Shown: piece by piece, positions 46,801 through 55,217 of the stretch
How the letters are laid out: every line of letters begins with the position of its first letter
Numbering within the stretch: position 1 is the first letter of the stretch
Source: Parcubacteria group bacterium Gr01-1014_38
Lineage (GTDB): Bacteria; Patescibacteriota; Andersenbacteria; UBA10190; CAIZMI01
Length of the DNA stretch: 64,000 nt
Reading direction: 5' to 3'
NCBI GenBank assembly: GCA_007376145.1
Contig: VMFP01000003.1
Span: 28,741-92,740 of the forward strand
The notes under the pieces: model-generated
Told to the model about the DNA's origin: nothing
Databases searched by the model: none
Seen by the model: the letters and a program-made list of their open reading frames with translations, nothing else
Made by a program: the position numbers and the translations under genes

Positions 46801-47018
46801 CAATGATCACCCCGACGTGCGACCTTGCCCTGGGCGCCGCGACGTACGTGGGGCCGAACGGAGATTCGAACGCTTTGTACACCGTCACCGACACGATCAT
46901 TACGGGTTCCGCAGGCCAGCAGCCCTTCGCGCGCTGCTTCCAGTGGCGCGGCACCCTCAACGGCACGAACAATAACTCCCCGGAAGTCCAGGACGTCACG
47001 ATCACCTTCACGCCGTAA
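43893..47018 (+). CDS. Second giant pilin-like adhesin with LVIVD repeats (about 1041 aa)
   Basis: G-QALLE prepilin; collinear paralogue of the preceding gene. Confidence 0.85.
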   Translation: MRTRRFRAQGQALLEVLVSLAVVSILGFAVISVVLDSLAAGRIGTERAGALASAAEGMEAARQIRFRTWRALSTGFHGVTTETAGDETRYAFSGANDTRGMFTRTVTVDQAQRDAPGNLVDSGGTTDPDTRRVASTVSWGTGITARSVNLISYLTHWNRRSWVETLKSEFNQGVLTDTEALDAPPPPTGNGSVRLRRIVSGSSSLNVKGAYNFNATGPSDGRDVAVSGGYAYLVTALGVGISRLYVIDVSTASTPVWKNPDGGGLNTGAKNYAVAVSGNYAYVATDDNNGELKVINVANPSSPALLPLCADCNLPGNADALSVAVDGSRLYVGTAANTTQFYVFDVSQPATPVRRGSLSVHAPAPDVRGISPAGNYVYLATTADAAEVVVVNVTIPSSPSVAGTENLDGASDATSLVVTANRAYVTRLGDVQFVVLNLSNPIDPSPLGSVSLGAPATDLAVSGTYAYVSTEGSEREFIRVNVSDPGIPALDGLVNLRDNSPARGVAFTGSCAYVATNGNDQELAIICGVGATDPLTVLSWFDTPVGSTNAPSVALQGTVAYLGTGDAFYAFDVSQPATPALLGRLSLPGLPAAGVHDIAVSGSYAYLATSSLTESLVIVDVSNPASLVRRGSYNAGKGGLSVAVYGPDLVFLGTDAEGGGGLFVVLNVSNPATPSFVGQATINASITDIAAAESNAAYVTLNRDLPPCGPPPVGAAPGGFRSFVRRWVFPVAYAVPCLGRAPSSSALARLGEFFRRIFAVRTAYAFHDTAEIQRVDVLNPASPAFGALFNEAGNDNGSGVVVSGPSIYLVTMDKFGEVPEFYILNYVAGPPDALQLENAGSALDIGTQVRGLAQHDDLAYLAVDVEGPGGFQVVDVTNHASPVLRNTLDLGNVGSHSVAVSGTYGYLAAHDPREFIIVKNIDSIGYVAQGTFASIPFDAETIRGWERIGWTADLNGGTVRFQVRWADPVPMITPTCDLALGAATYVGPNGDSNALYTVTDTIITGSAGQQPFARCFQWRGTLNGTNNNSPEVQDVTITFTP

Positions 47019-47074
47019 GGCGGTGGTGAAGGACCAAGCTTGGTATACTGGATGAACACCCCCCTCTTTGAAGA

Positions 47075-47431
47075 ATGACTACCCTCGATGTCGTCAATCA
47101 GCTGCTCACGGTCGTCCTCGCCCTGGCGGTGTGTCTGCTCACGTTCGGAGTTCTCGCGGTCGGAAGTCGTCTCTCCGGCCGCACCTCGCCGCGTTCCCTG
47201 CTTCGTCGGGCCGTGGTCGTCACGCTCCAGGATCCCCGCGTCGTGTTTGCAAGGCATGCGGCGCGGAACACCAAAACGCAGGAGATCCTCGTTCCGTTTT
47301 CGCGCTACCTGGGAGCGGCACGGCTGCTCTTGTTCGGCTTCAGCGTCACCGTGCTCCTCTTGGCGGTGAAACTCGCGCTCGTCTTCCTTCGCCTCGGGAT
47401 CGCGTTTCCCTACCGGATCTCCGGAGGGTGA
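47075..47431 (+). CDS. Small two-TM membrane protein
   Basis: Two hydrophobic helices; TGGTATACT at 47041 upstream. Confidence 0.6.
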   Translation: MTTLDVVNQLLTVVLALAVCLLTFGVLAVGSRLSGRTSPRSLLRRAVVVTLQDPRVVFARHAARNTKTQEILVPFSRYLGAARLLLFGFSVTVLLLAVKLALVFLRLGIAFPYRISGG

Positions 47432-47441
47432 TCCTTCCAAA

Positions 47442-47954
47442 ATGCCCCGCCGCGCTTCTGGTTTCACGCTCCTCGAACTCCTCGTGTACATCGGGATTGT
47501 GGCGGTCGTCATCACCGCGGTGACGGCCCTGACCATTGACCTCCTCCGCGGTCGGGCAAAGGCCACCTCGCTCGAAGTCGTGAACCAGAACGCCCGCCTG
47601 GTCCTCGAGCGGATGACCACGGCGATCCGGGAGGCGAACCTCGTCAACGGGCCGCCGGCTTCCATCTTCGGGAGTTCTCCGGGACGTCTCTCTCTCGCGA
47701 TGCCAGAGGTAGGGCGGAACCCGACCGTGTTCGACGTCTTTGCCAATGAGCTTCGGATTACCGAGGGGAGCGGCGGCGTGGCCACGCCGCTCACCTCGCC
47801 CGATGTCGAAGTGGCGTCACTCACCTTCACGCATTTAAACCAGGCCACCTCGGAGGGAATCCAGATCAACCTGACCGTGCGCCGAAAGAATGTCTCCGGA
47901 GCCCCGGAGTTTACCGTGGTGCAGACCTATGTGGCGGGAACCATTGTCCGGTAA
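47442..47954 (+). CDS. Minor pilin (PilW-like)
   Basis: G-FTLLELLVY; NARLVLERMTTAIREA. Confidence 0.85.
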   Translation: MPRRASGFTLLELLVYIGIVAVVITAVTALTIDLLRGRAKATSLEVVNQNARLVLERMTTAIREANLVNGPPASIFGSSPGRLSLAMPEVGRNPTVFDVFANELRITEGSGGVATPLTSPDVEVASLTFTHLNQATSEGIQINLTVRRKNVSGAPEFTVVQTYVAGTIVR

Positions 47955-47955
47955 C

Positions 47956-48405
47956 ATGCCGTCGGAGAGGGCGCGTCGCGAGGAAGGGGCGGTCGCGCTT
48001 ATCACGGTTCTCGTGCTCATGGCCGTGGCCCTCGCGATCGTCACCGGTATGAACCTCCTCGCGATCTCCGAGTCTTCCACGACCTCCCTGCAGGTGCAGA
48101 GCAATCGAACGTTCCACGGTGCGGACGCCTGCGTGGAGGAGGCCCTGTATCGCCTTACCAAGAATACGGCCTTCACCGGAGGGCAGGTTCGGGCCGGCGG
48201 CGTCTTCTGCGACGTGGGGGTGGTTGACCTCGGTTTAGGCCAGCGGCAGGTTACGGCGTGCGCGACGGACGGGACCACGGGGTGCACGGTGCAGGGACGG
48301 CTGAAGCGGCGGATAGAGGCGGTGGCGCAGATCACCACCATCACGATTTCCGGCCGGCCGATTCAGACGATTTCCTTGACCTCGTGGAAGGAATTGACGC
48401 AGTAG
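47956..48405 (+). CDS. Minor pilin (PilX-like, no Glu5)
   Basis: EG-AVALITVLVL; ADACVEEALYRL; C-terminal SWKE. Confidence 0.75.
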   Translation: MPSERARREEGAVALITVLVLMAVALAIVTGMNLLAISESSTTSLQVQSNRTFHGADACVEEALYRLTKNTAFTGGQVRAGGVFCDVGVVDLGLGQRQVTACATDGTTGCTVQGRLKRRIEAVAQITTITISGRPIQTISLTSWKELTQ

Positions 48406-48412
48406 GGAGTCC

Positions 48413-50170
48413 ATGAGGTTGTTCCAGAGAGCGAAGCCTCCTAAGCCACCGTCTTCGATCGTCCGCGCGGCCCGACGCCTGGCGTCGGTTCTTCCCGAAC
48501 CTTCCGTGCGGGTGCGGCTGACGCCGGTATCCCGCGCCTTCGGTTTGGACATCTCGGACACCTCTCTCGAGGGCATGGAGCTCGAATTTCGGCGAGGGAG
48601 TTTGAAGCTCCGCGCGTATAACCGCGTGCTCCTCGATGCCGGCGTCGTCGTTGACGGAGAGATTCTCCAGGCACAAAGCCTCCGGAGCGCGCTTCTTTCG
48701 TTGCTGAAAGGAGCGCGTCCGAGCTCGTTTTCCGGAAAGGCCGTGGTGACCCTCCCGGAATCGAAGGTGTACCTGCACACCTTCGAGTTTCCCACCCGCC
48801 TCCGCGAGCGACAGATCCGCGAGGCGATCCCCTTTGAAGTCCAAGGGGTCCTCCCCGTGGATCTTGCGGACATGGAGACGGATCTTCTCTTCCACCACTC
48901 TCGCGACCGGCTGTCGCAGCACGTGCTCTTCGCGGCGGTGCCGAGGAAGCTCGTGGAGTCGTACCTCTCGCTGCTGACCGCTGCCGGCATCGAGGCGGTC
49001 GCGTTTGACATTGAGTCGTACACGCTCGCCCGTTCCCTGATCGGGTTGCGCTCCGATCCGGTGCTGCTTGCTGACCTCGGCGCACAACGAACGACGCTGG
49101 CGGTCGTGGAGCGGGGAGGGGTTCACGGAGCGGTGAGCATCCCGGTTGGCGGGACGACCATTACCGAGGCCATCAAGCGCGCGGCCGGCGTCTCGCCGGA
49201 GGAAGCAGGCATCATCAAGGGCACCACGGGACTCACGGCGGAAACCCCCGCCGCCGTGCGCTCGGCGATCGAAGAATCCCTCCGTCCGCTCTTCCACGAG
49301 ATGAATCAGGTGCTTCGCTCGCACGAGGGTCATACGGGAAGGAAAGCGGAAGGCACCGTCCTCGCTGGCGGGAGCGCTCTCCTTCCCGGTCTCGACGCTG
49401 CTGTCGCCGACGCCACCGGGCGGACGGCGAGCGTCGGTGACCCCTTCGCGACTCCCGCCGTCCAGTTTCCGGCGCAATTGTCCGAAGCGGATATCGAGTG
49501 GCTGCAGCGCGGCCGACTCTTTTTTGCCGCGAGCGTCGGTCTCGCGATTCGCGGAGCTCGCCGCAACTCTCCCGAACACGGAGTGAATCTTCTCCCCCAC
49601 GCGTTTCGCCAGCGCTACGTGCGCTGGCGCGAGAATCTCGCCTTGACGGCGCTGTCCCTTCTCACCGTGGCCGTGTGCACGTCCCTCTTTGTCGTCCTTG
49701 GGCTTGAGCTTCTCGGCGCACGATTTGCGGCACGGAGCATCCGGGCGGAGGCCGAGCCCGTCCGCGCGGCCCTCCAGAGCACGCGCTTTTCCTCGGCGGT
49801 TGCCGAGGCGAAGGCCGTGAACCAGGAAGTCGAGGCCGTGAAGTCCTTTTCGGCGCATCGCGTGGATCCGCTCCACCACCTCGAACGCATCCGTTCGGCC
49901 ATTCCCCTCGGCATCCGCCTGATTGGCGTGCAGGCGGAGATTCCGCCCGGCTCCTTGGCGAACCTGACCGTCAAGCTCCAGGGAGTGGCAGATACGCGAG
50001 AGCAATTCTTGGATTTTGAGAAGAGCATGCGCGCGCTCCCAGGGATTCTCGGGGTCGATTCCCCGCTCACGAATCTTGACAAGCCGACGGCCGTTCCCTT
50101 CGTCCTGAACCTGACGCTGGCAACGTCGCCGCCGTCTCCGACGCCTTCCCCTGTTCTTCCCTCGCCGTGA
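48413..50170 (+). CDS. pilM: PilM with fused PilN-like C-terminus
   Basis: FGLDISD, ADLGA, PVGG, LAGGSALLPGL, VGLAIRG, followed by VNLLP, a TM helix and a PilN-like domain. Confidence 0.85.
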   Translation: MRLFQRAKPPKPPSSIVRAARRLASVLPEPSVRVRLTPVSRAFGLDISDTSLEGMELEFRRGSLKLRAYNRVLLDAGVVVDGEILQAQSLRSALLSLLKGARPSSFSGKAVVTLPESKVYLHTFEFPTRLRERQIREAIPFEVQGVLPVDLADMETDLLFHHSRDRLSQHVLFAAVPRKLVESYLSLLTAAGIEAVAFDIESYTLARSLIGLRSDPVLLADLGAQRTTLAVVERGGVHGAVSIPVGGTTITEAIKRAAGVSPEEAGIIKGTTGLTAETPAAVRSAIEESLRPLFHEMNQVLRSHEGHTGRKAEGTVLAGGSALLPGLDAAVADATGRTASVGDPFATPAVQFPAQLSEADIEWLQRGRLFFAASVGLAIRGARRNSPEHGVNLLPHAFRQRYVRWRENLALTALSLLTVAVCTSLFVVLGLELLGARFAARSIRAEAEPVRAALQSTRFSSAVAEAKAVNQEVEAVKSFSAHRVDPLHHLERIRSAIPLGIRLIGVQAEIPPGSLANLTVKLQGVADTREQFLDFEKSMRALPGILGVDSPLTNLDKPTAVPFVLNLTLATSPPSPTPSPVLPSP

Positions 50171-50772
50171 ACGACCTCGTTCGACGCAACACCTTCGTCC
50201 GCTTCGCCGCTCTCTACGCGGTCTTCTCCCTCGTCATCCTCGTGGTCTCCGGGAGTCTCCTTCACCGGGTCGGAAGGAGCGTTCGCGAGGATCGAGGATT
50301 GCTCGCCCGTCGCGAGGAACTCTCTCGGGATTTCGAGAAGCTGCTGAAGGATTTGCACGAAACGGAGCGCGCGCGGCGGGCCCTCCTGCTCATCCGCCCG
50401 CATCCGGAAGAACTCGTCTCGTTCATCCGAGGCTTGGAGCGGGCCGCTGCCCGGGCCTTCATTGACCAGAACATCACCGCCTTTCCTGGAATCATTCCGG
50501 TTGGCCAGGGCGCCTATCCCTCCCCCATCGTGCGGTACCGGGCCTCCCTGAACGGGCCGTGGGAGAAGTTCGAAGCGTATCTCCGCGAGCTTCAACAGCT
50601 TCCCCACCTCATCCGGATCGAGGCGATCCACATGGGGACGACGCCCGACGGGAGTCTTCTCAAGCAGGGCCAGATTGAGGCGCTCTTTGCGGTTGCGGTG
50701 CTGGATCCCGCCGCGCCTCGTCCAGGCTCGCCGGGAGCCGCGGACGTTCCGGTTTCTTCTCCGTCTCCTTGA
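50167..50772 (+). CDS. PilO-like protein
   Basis: TM, coiled coil, GPWEKFEAYLRELQQLPHLIRI. Confidence 0.7.
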   Translation: MNDLVRRNTFVRFAALYAVFSLVILVVSGSLLHRVGRSVREDRGLLARREELSRDFEKLLKDLHETERARRALLLIRPHPEELVSFIRGLERAAARAFIDQNITAFPGIIPVGQGAYPSPIVRYRASLNGPWEKFEAYLRELQQLPHLIRIEAIHMGTTPDGSLLKQGQIEALFAVAVLDPAAPRPGSPGAADVPVSSPSP

Positions 50773-50778
50773 AATGTC

Positions 50779-51039
50779 ATGAACTGGGTTATCTCGAAAC
50801 GTTTTTGGTGGATACTCGGGTCCACGGCGTACCTCGTGGTTCTTTTGAGCGTCTTCGTGCGCGTCCTTTCCTTCGTTCGGGAGGAGCGCGCCTTGCGCGA
50901 ATCACCCATCGAGCAAGCAAACCTCGTGATCCAGCTCCAGCAAGACGATCTTCGGAACATTTCCACGTGGATCTTGCGGTCGCCGCCTCCGCCGCCGTCT
51001 CTGACTCCTTCCCCCTCCACCCCGCAGCCAACGCCCTAA
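50779..51039 (+). CDS. Small single-TM Pro-tailed protein
   Basis: TM helix and Pro-rich tail; lies within the operon. Confidence 0.55.
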   Translation: MNWVISKRFWWILGSTAYLVVLLSVFVRVLSFVREERALRESPIEQANLVIQLQQDDLRNISTWILRSPPPPPSLTPSPSTPQPTP

Positions 51040-51097
51040 AGAACCGACGCTTCTTGACTCTTTACTCTTTGACGCGCACCCGAGGGAAGCTTGGAGA

Positions 51098-51128
51098 TGG
51101 TATACTCATCTGCAGAGGTTGTGGATAA
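51098..51128 (+). promoter_or_regulatory. Extended -10 promoter of the pilin gene with a downstream DnaA box
   Basis: TGGTATACT (51098-51106); TGTGGATAA (51120-51128). Confidence 0.5.
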
Positions 51129-51166
51129 CTCTTTATTCGTAAAGGACATCTAACCAAAACACCGCC

Positions 51167-51763
51167 ATGAAATCTCGCTACGCAGGATTTACTCTCATCG
51201 AACTCCTCATCGTCATCGCCATCATCGGGATTCTCGCCGCGGTGGTGATCATCGCGGTAAACCCCGGTCGGCAGCTTGCCCAGGCGAACGACGCCCGTCG
51301 TTCCAGCGAGGTCAACGCCCTCCTGAACGCGATCGGGCAGTATGGCGCAGACAACACGGGGCAAATACCTAGACAAAATACCGCACCTGGTTCCGCCTTC
51401 CCGATTGATACCATCGTCACGTGCGGGACTCCGGCATTGCCCTGCGTTCAGGTGGTGATGACAGACGCGAATGCTACCTGTGAGGTCATCGCGGGTACTC
51501 AGTGCCTCGGCTCGCCGACCGCGACGGCACGGGTGAACCTTCCCACAACGGGCTTCTGTGCCGATTTAAGCGATCCAGATAATCCCTCTCCGGCTGGAGA
51601 CGATGACCTCGTTCCCTTGTACCTCACCGGGATTCCTATCGATCCGCAAGCACCCGCAATCGACGAGTCAGATTACTACGTGAACCATGACCCCGGCACG
51701 CGCCGGATCACGGTGGGAGCGTGCAACCCCCAGATTCAAGCGTCGATCGAAGTCACGCGCTAG
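51167..51763 (+). CDS. pilA: Probable major type IV pilin
   Basis: G-FTLIELLIVIAIIGILAAV, QANDARR, YLTGIPIDP; has its own promoter and terminator. Confidence 0.85.
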   Translation: MKSRYAGFTLIELLIVIAIIGILAAVVIIAVNPGRQLAQANDARRSSEVNALLNAIGQYGADNTGQIPRQNTAPGSAFPIDTIVTCGTPALPCVQVVMTDANATCEVIAGTQCLGSPTATARVNLPTTGFCADLSDPDNPSPAGDDDLVPLYLTGIPIDPQAPAIDESDYYVNHDPGTRRITVGACNPQIQASIEVTR

Positions 51764-51785
51764 GGATACACCAATCTTCCAAGAC

Positions 51786-51815
51786 CGGGAGCCGGAAATG
51801 CGGCTCCCGCGTTTT
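51786..51815 (+). terminator. Terminator after the pilin gene
   Basis: CGGGAGCCG-GAAATG-CGGCTCCCG followed by GTTTT. Confidence 0.7.
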
Positions 51816-51835
51816 GTGGGTGCAAGCGCGGGCGG

Positions 51836-53173
51836 CTAGTACGCCCCGCGGCCGGTGAGAATGCGCGGGACCGTCTTTAAGAGAATCGCGAGGTCGAGCG
51901 CGAAGGAGGCATTGTGCACGTAGTAGACGTCGTACTCCAGGTGCTTCTGGAGCGGGAGGTCTTTGCGCCCGAGGACTTGCCAGAGTCCCGTGAGTCCGGG
52001 GCGGACGCGAAAGCGCATCCGCTGCCACGGCGTGCACTGGTTGGCGATGTAGAGCATCGCCGGACGGGGACCGACCAGGCTCATCTCGCCCTGGAGGACG
52101 TTCCAGAACTGGGGAAGCTCATCGAGGCTCCAGCGCCGGAGGAACCGCCCGACGGCGGTGACGCGCTCATCCGTCGGGTCTTCCGGAGCGTCCGCGGCCG
52201 GAGGATCCGCCCGCATCGTGCGGAACTTCAGCATGCGGAACCGGCGCTCGCGGAGGCCCACGCGGGGATGCGCGAAGAACGCGGGTCGCCCGGACTCTCC
52301 CCAGATCGCCAGGACGATGATCCCGACCAGCGGGAGCACCAGCGGGGCCAGGGCAAGCGACACGATGAGATCCATCGCCCGTTTTCCCCCGTTCGTCCAG
52401 AGGCCCTGCTCTGGCGCGTGGAGATCCAAAGTCGCCATCCCCGTTCCGAGCGAGAGGAGACCTTGGTCCCCCTTCAGGAGCGGGAAGTACTCGGAGAGCG
52501 TGCTGAAGCGAAGATTGGGGACATCCGCGAGGAGAGCAATCAGGCTCAAGATCGTCTCGCGCGGTAGGCTCCGGTCGAGGAGCACGACGTGAGACACTCC
52601 TTTGTCGCGAAGCATGGTGGCAATGGACTGCGCGAGTTCCGGCGCGGAGCCGCGCGGATCAATGGCCAGATGCAGGTGCTCTCCGTCCGTGACATTCGTC
52701 GCGAGCGGTTCGCTCGCGACGTTCGGCGCGCTGGCGCCAACGACGAGCACGCGAGCAGAGGATCCAAGCTTCCGGCGGCCCTCCCAGACGTGCACGAGCG
52801 ATCGTCCCACGACTGTCCCCATGAGAGTGAACGCTCCAAGGAGGAGCAGGAGTGCGCGCGAGGGACCATGCTGGGTGAGGTACGATCCCGCCATGAGGAG
52901 GGTGAGCCAGACCGCCACGGCGCGGACGATCTTCGTCAACGCCGCGAGGTTGGCGGCGGGGACCGCGCGGGCGTAGAGCCCGTGCTGCCAGACCACGGCC
53001 ACGAACGAGACGAGCGCGATCGGGAGAAGGGGAAGGTAAAACTCCAGGGGCTGGATGGGAAAGCGGAGCGCCTGGAATGGTTCCCACTGCCGGACCGCGT
53101 AGGCGCCCGCAAAGGCGGCGAGGACCGCCAGACCGTCCACGGCGCCGCGGAGGAGAGGATTCACCTTCGCCAT
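51836..53173 (-). CDS. Priming polyprenyl-phosphate sugar phosphotransferase (WcaJ-like)
   Basis: KRAMD, KFRTM, SLDELPQFWNVLQGEMSLVGPRP, PGLTGLWQV. Confidence 0.92.
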   Translation of the reverse strand: MAKVNPLLRGAVDGLAVLAAFAGAYAVRQWEPFQALRFPIQPLEFYLPLLPIALVSFVAVVWQHGLYARAVPAANLAALTKIVRAVAVWLTLLMAGSYLTQHGPSRALLLLLGAFTLMGTVVGRSLVHVWEGRRKLGSSARVLVVGASAPNVASEPLATNVTDGEHLHLAIDPRGSAPELAQSIATMLRDKGVSHVVLLDRSLPRETILSLIALLADVPNLRFSTLSEYFPLLKGDQGLLSLGTGMATLDLHAPEQGLWTNGGKRAMDLIVSLALAPLVLPLVGIIVLAIWGESGRPAFFAHPRVGLRERRFRMLKFRTMRADPPAADAPEDPTDERVTAVGRFLRRWSLDELPQFWNVLQGEMSLVGPRPAMLYIANQCTPWQRMRFRVRPGLTGLWQVLGRKDLPLQKHLEYDVYYVHNASFALDLAILLKTVPRILTGRGAY

Positions 53174-54366
53174 CAGCGGGAAGCGCCCACGGAGTGCGTC
53201 ACGCGGATCAGCAGAGGCTCGAAGGCAGCATCCAGCGCCCGCAGGCTGTAGTGGCGTTCAACGGTTTCCCGTCCCGCAGCGCCGAGCCTCGCGCGGAGCG
53301 AGGGATCTTTCAGCGCCAGCGTGACGGCCGCGGCAAACGCGTCCGGCGAAGAGGCGAGGAGGAGGTTCTCGCCATGCTGCGTCTGGAGTCCCTCCGCGCC
53401 GACCGGCGTGGAAACAACCGCTTTCCCCATTGCCCAGGCTTGGAGAATTTTGTTCCGCGTTCCGCTGCCCGCCAGGAGCGGAACGACGACGACCGCAGAA
53501 CGAGCAATCTCCGGGCGGAGGTCAGGCACGAATCCCTTGATGATCACCGACGGTTCTGTGCGTAAAGAGCGAACGGCGCGCGTCGGGCGAAGACCGCAGA
53601 TGATCAATGTGACGTCGGGAATCCGGGCGCGAATGCGCGGGAGGACGTTTCGGACGAAGAAACGAACGGCCGAGATATTCGGGACCTTGTCCAAGAGCCC
53701 GCTGAAGAGGAGCTGGGATGGCTCTTCGCGTTCTGGCCGGGGGAAGAATGCGTCCGTATCCACGACATTCGGGATCACGTGACACCGGACGTCTGGGGGG
53801 AGTGTGGTGCGGAGCATCTCTTGGTCACTCGGCGATGCCACCACCCAGTGTCGGAACCGCTGCGCGGCGTTCCGCTCGGCGTGTTGGTATGCCCACGCCT
53901 CGCGCCGGAACGCCGGTCGAAGGACCTTGGGGCTGTACGGCGCGGCGCGTCGGTATGACCGTGCCATCGCATCGGTCACGTCGAGGAGCGAGGGGGTGGG
54001 GACCGGCGCAGGGACGAACTGCGCTGACCGGAGACGTTTGACGTAGAGGAGGTCGGGCCGAAACCTCGCGATTTCTTCCGCGACGGCCGCACGCATAGCG
54101 CGCGAAGCGCAGTAGGCGAGTTCCAGCGGTTGTCGGCGAGCAAGGGCCAGGAGACAGGAGCGCAACGACGCGGAAAACGGATGCGGAACAATCCGAGCGG
54201 ACACCGGCAGGTGGGAAAGTGCCCCCAGTGTTCGGCCTGGATCATGGCTGGGGTCGAGCGCGACTAGGCGCACCTCATGTTTCTTGGCGAGCGCCGACAG
54301 CAGGTTCAGCGCTCGGGTGCGGTGGAGCGGGGAAGGAACGGACGGCGACAGAAAGAGGATTTTCAT
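53173..54366 (-). CDS. GT4-family glycosyltransferase
   Basis: IPNVVD, GFVPDL, GSGTRNKILQAWAMGKAVVST..GAEGL. Confidence 0.88.
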   Translation of the reverse strand: MKILFLSPSVPSPLHRTRALNLLSALAKKHEVRLVALDPSHDPGRTLGALSHLPVSARIVPHPFSASLRSCLLALARRQPLELAYCASRAMRAAVAEEIARFRPDLLYVKRLRSAQFVPAPVPTPSLLDVTDAMARSYRRAAPYSPKVLRPAFRREAWAYQHAERNAAQRFRHWVVASPSDQEMLRTTLPPDVRCHVIPNVVDTDAFFPRPEREEPSQLLFSGLLDKVPNISAVRFFVRNVLPRIRARIPDVTLIICGLRPTRAVRSLRTEPSVIIKGFVPDLRPEIARSAVVVVPLLAGSGTRNKILQAWAMGKAVVSTPVGAEGLQTQHGENLLLASSPDAFAAAVTLALKDPSLRARLGAAGRETVERHYSLRALDAAFEPLLIRVTHSVGASR

Positions 54367-54372
54367 GGGGTC

Positions 54373-55179
54373 TTACCGAAAACGCCGCTCGAGAGCGAGG
54401 AGGAAGCGAAACACGCGGTCGTCCGCCTTGGTCCCATGGGTGCGGAAATAGCGTTGGAGCCCGGAGCGCATGAGCTTCGCCTTCTGTGGTGCGCGATCCG
54501 GGCGACGCCCGTGATCGGCGTGGATGGCGGTGCGCACCGGAAGGTACTGTATCGTCCACCCCTTCTTCCGCGCTCGGACGCACCACTCGAGATCTTCGGT
54601 GTACAGGAAGTACGACTCGTCGAGCGGACCGACGTTATCGAACGCCTCACGGCGCATCAGGAGACATGATCCGGTGAGCCACGCGGGCTGCCGTGCGCCG
54701 ACGTAGAACCAGGGATGGCGATAGGTGTGGGAGGGAAGGAGCAGCCGCGCGCCCGGAATCCGATCGAGGAGCACGCGGACGGGATGAGGGAAAGGCCCCA
54801 TGCTGGGCTGCAGCGAACCGTCGGGATTCTCGATCCTCCCACCCGCTGCGGCGCAGCGAGGGGCATGCTGCAGATGCGAGAGCAGCGCCCCGATCCCTTC
54901 CGGAACGATCACTGCGTCTTGGTTGAGGAGGAGGCAGAAGGGCGCACGCGTCGCGCGGATCGCTTGATTACACGCTGCTGCAAACCCGACGTTCTGGTCA
55001 TTGCAGATGAGGCGGGCTGCAGGACTCACCTCGCGAACGAGGTCGGGAGTTCGATCTGTCGAGGCATTGTCAACCACCGTCACGCTCACCGACGTCAGGA
55101 GCCGTACCGACCGGAGACAAGCCCCGATCACCTCCTGACCGTTCCATGCAAGGATGATCACGTCCAGCGGGATCGACAT
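54373..55179 (-). CDS. GT2-family (rhamnosyltransferase-like) glycosyltransferase
   Basis: VVDNASTD, NVGFAAACN, LLNQD, YFLYTEDLEWC. Confidence 0.9.
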   Translation of the reverse strand: MSIPLDVIILAWNGQEVIGACLRSVRLLTSVSVTVVDNASTDRTPDLVREVSPAARLICNDQNVGFAAACNQAIRATRAPFCLLLNQDAVIVPEGIGALLSHLQHAPRCAAAGGRIENPDGSLQPSMGPFPHPVRVLLDRIPGARLLLPSHTYRHPWFYVGARQPAWLTGSCLLMRREAFDNVGPLDESYFLYTEDLEWCVRARKKGWTIQYLPVRTAIHADHGRRPDRAPQKAKLMRSGLQRYFRTHGTKADDRVFRFLLALERRFR

Positions 55180-55217
55180 CGGTCGTTGAAGTTCACTTCA
55201 GCATACCATCGAGCCTC

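Noticed and set aside
37434..51092. AAGCTT upstream of three pil promoters as an operator
   Set aside because: It is only a 6-mer and its spacing to the -10 differs at each site; chance is likely.
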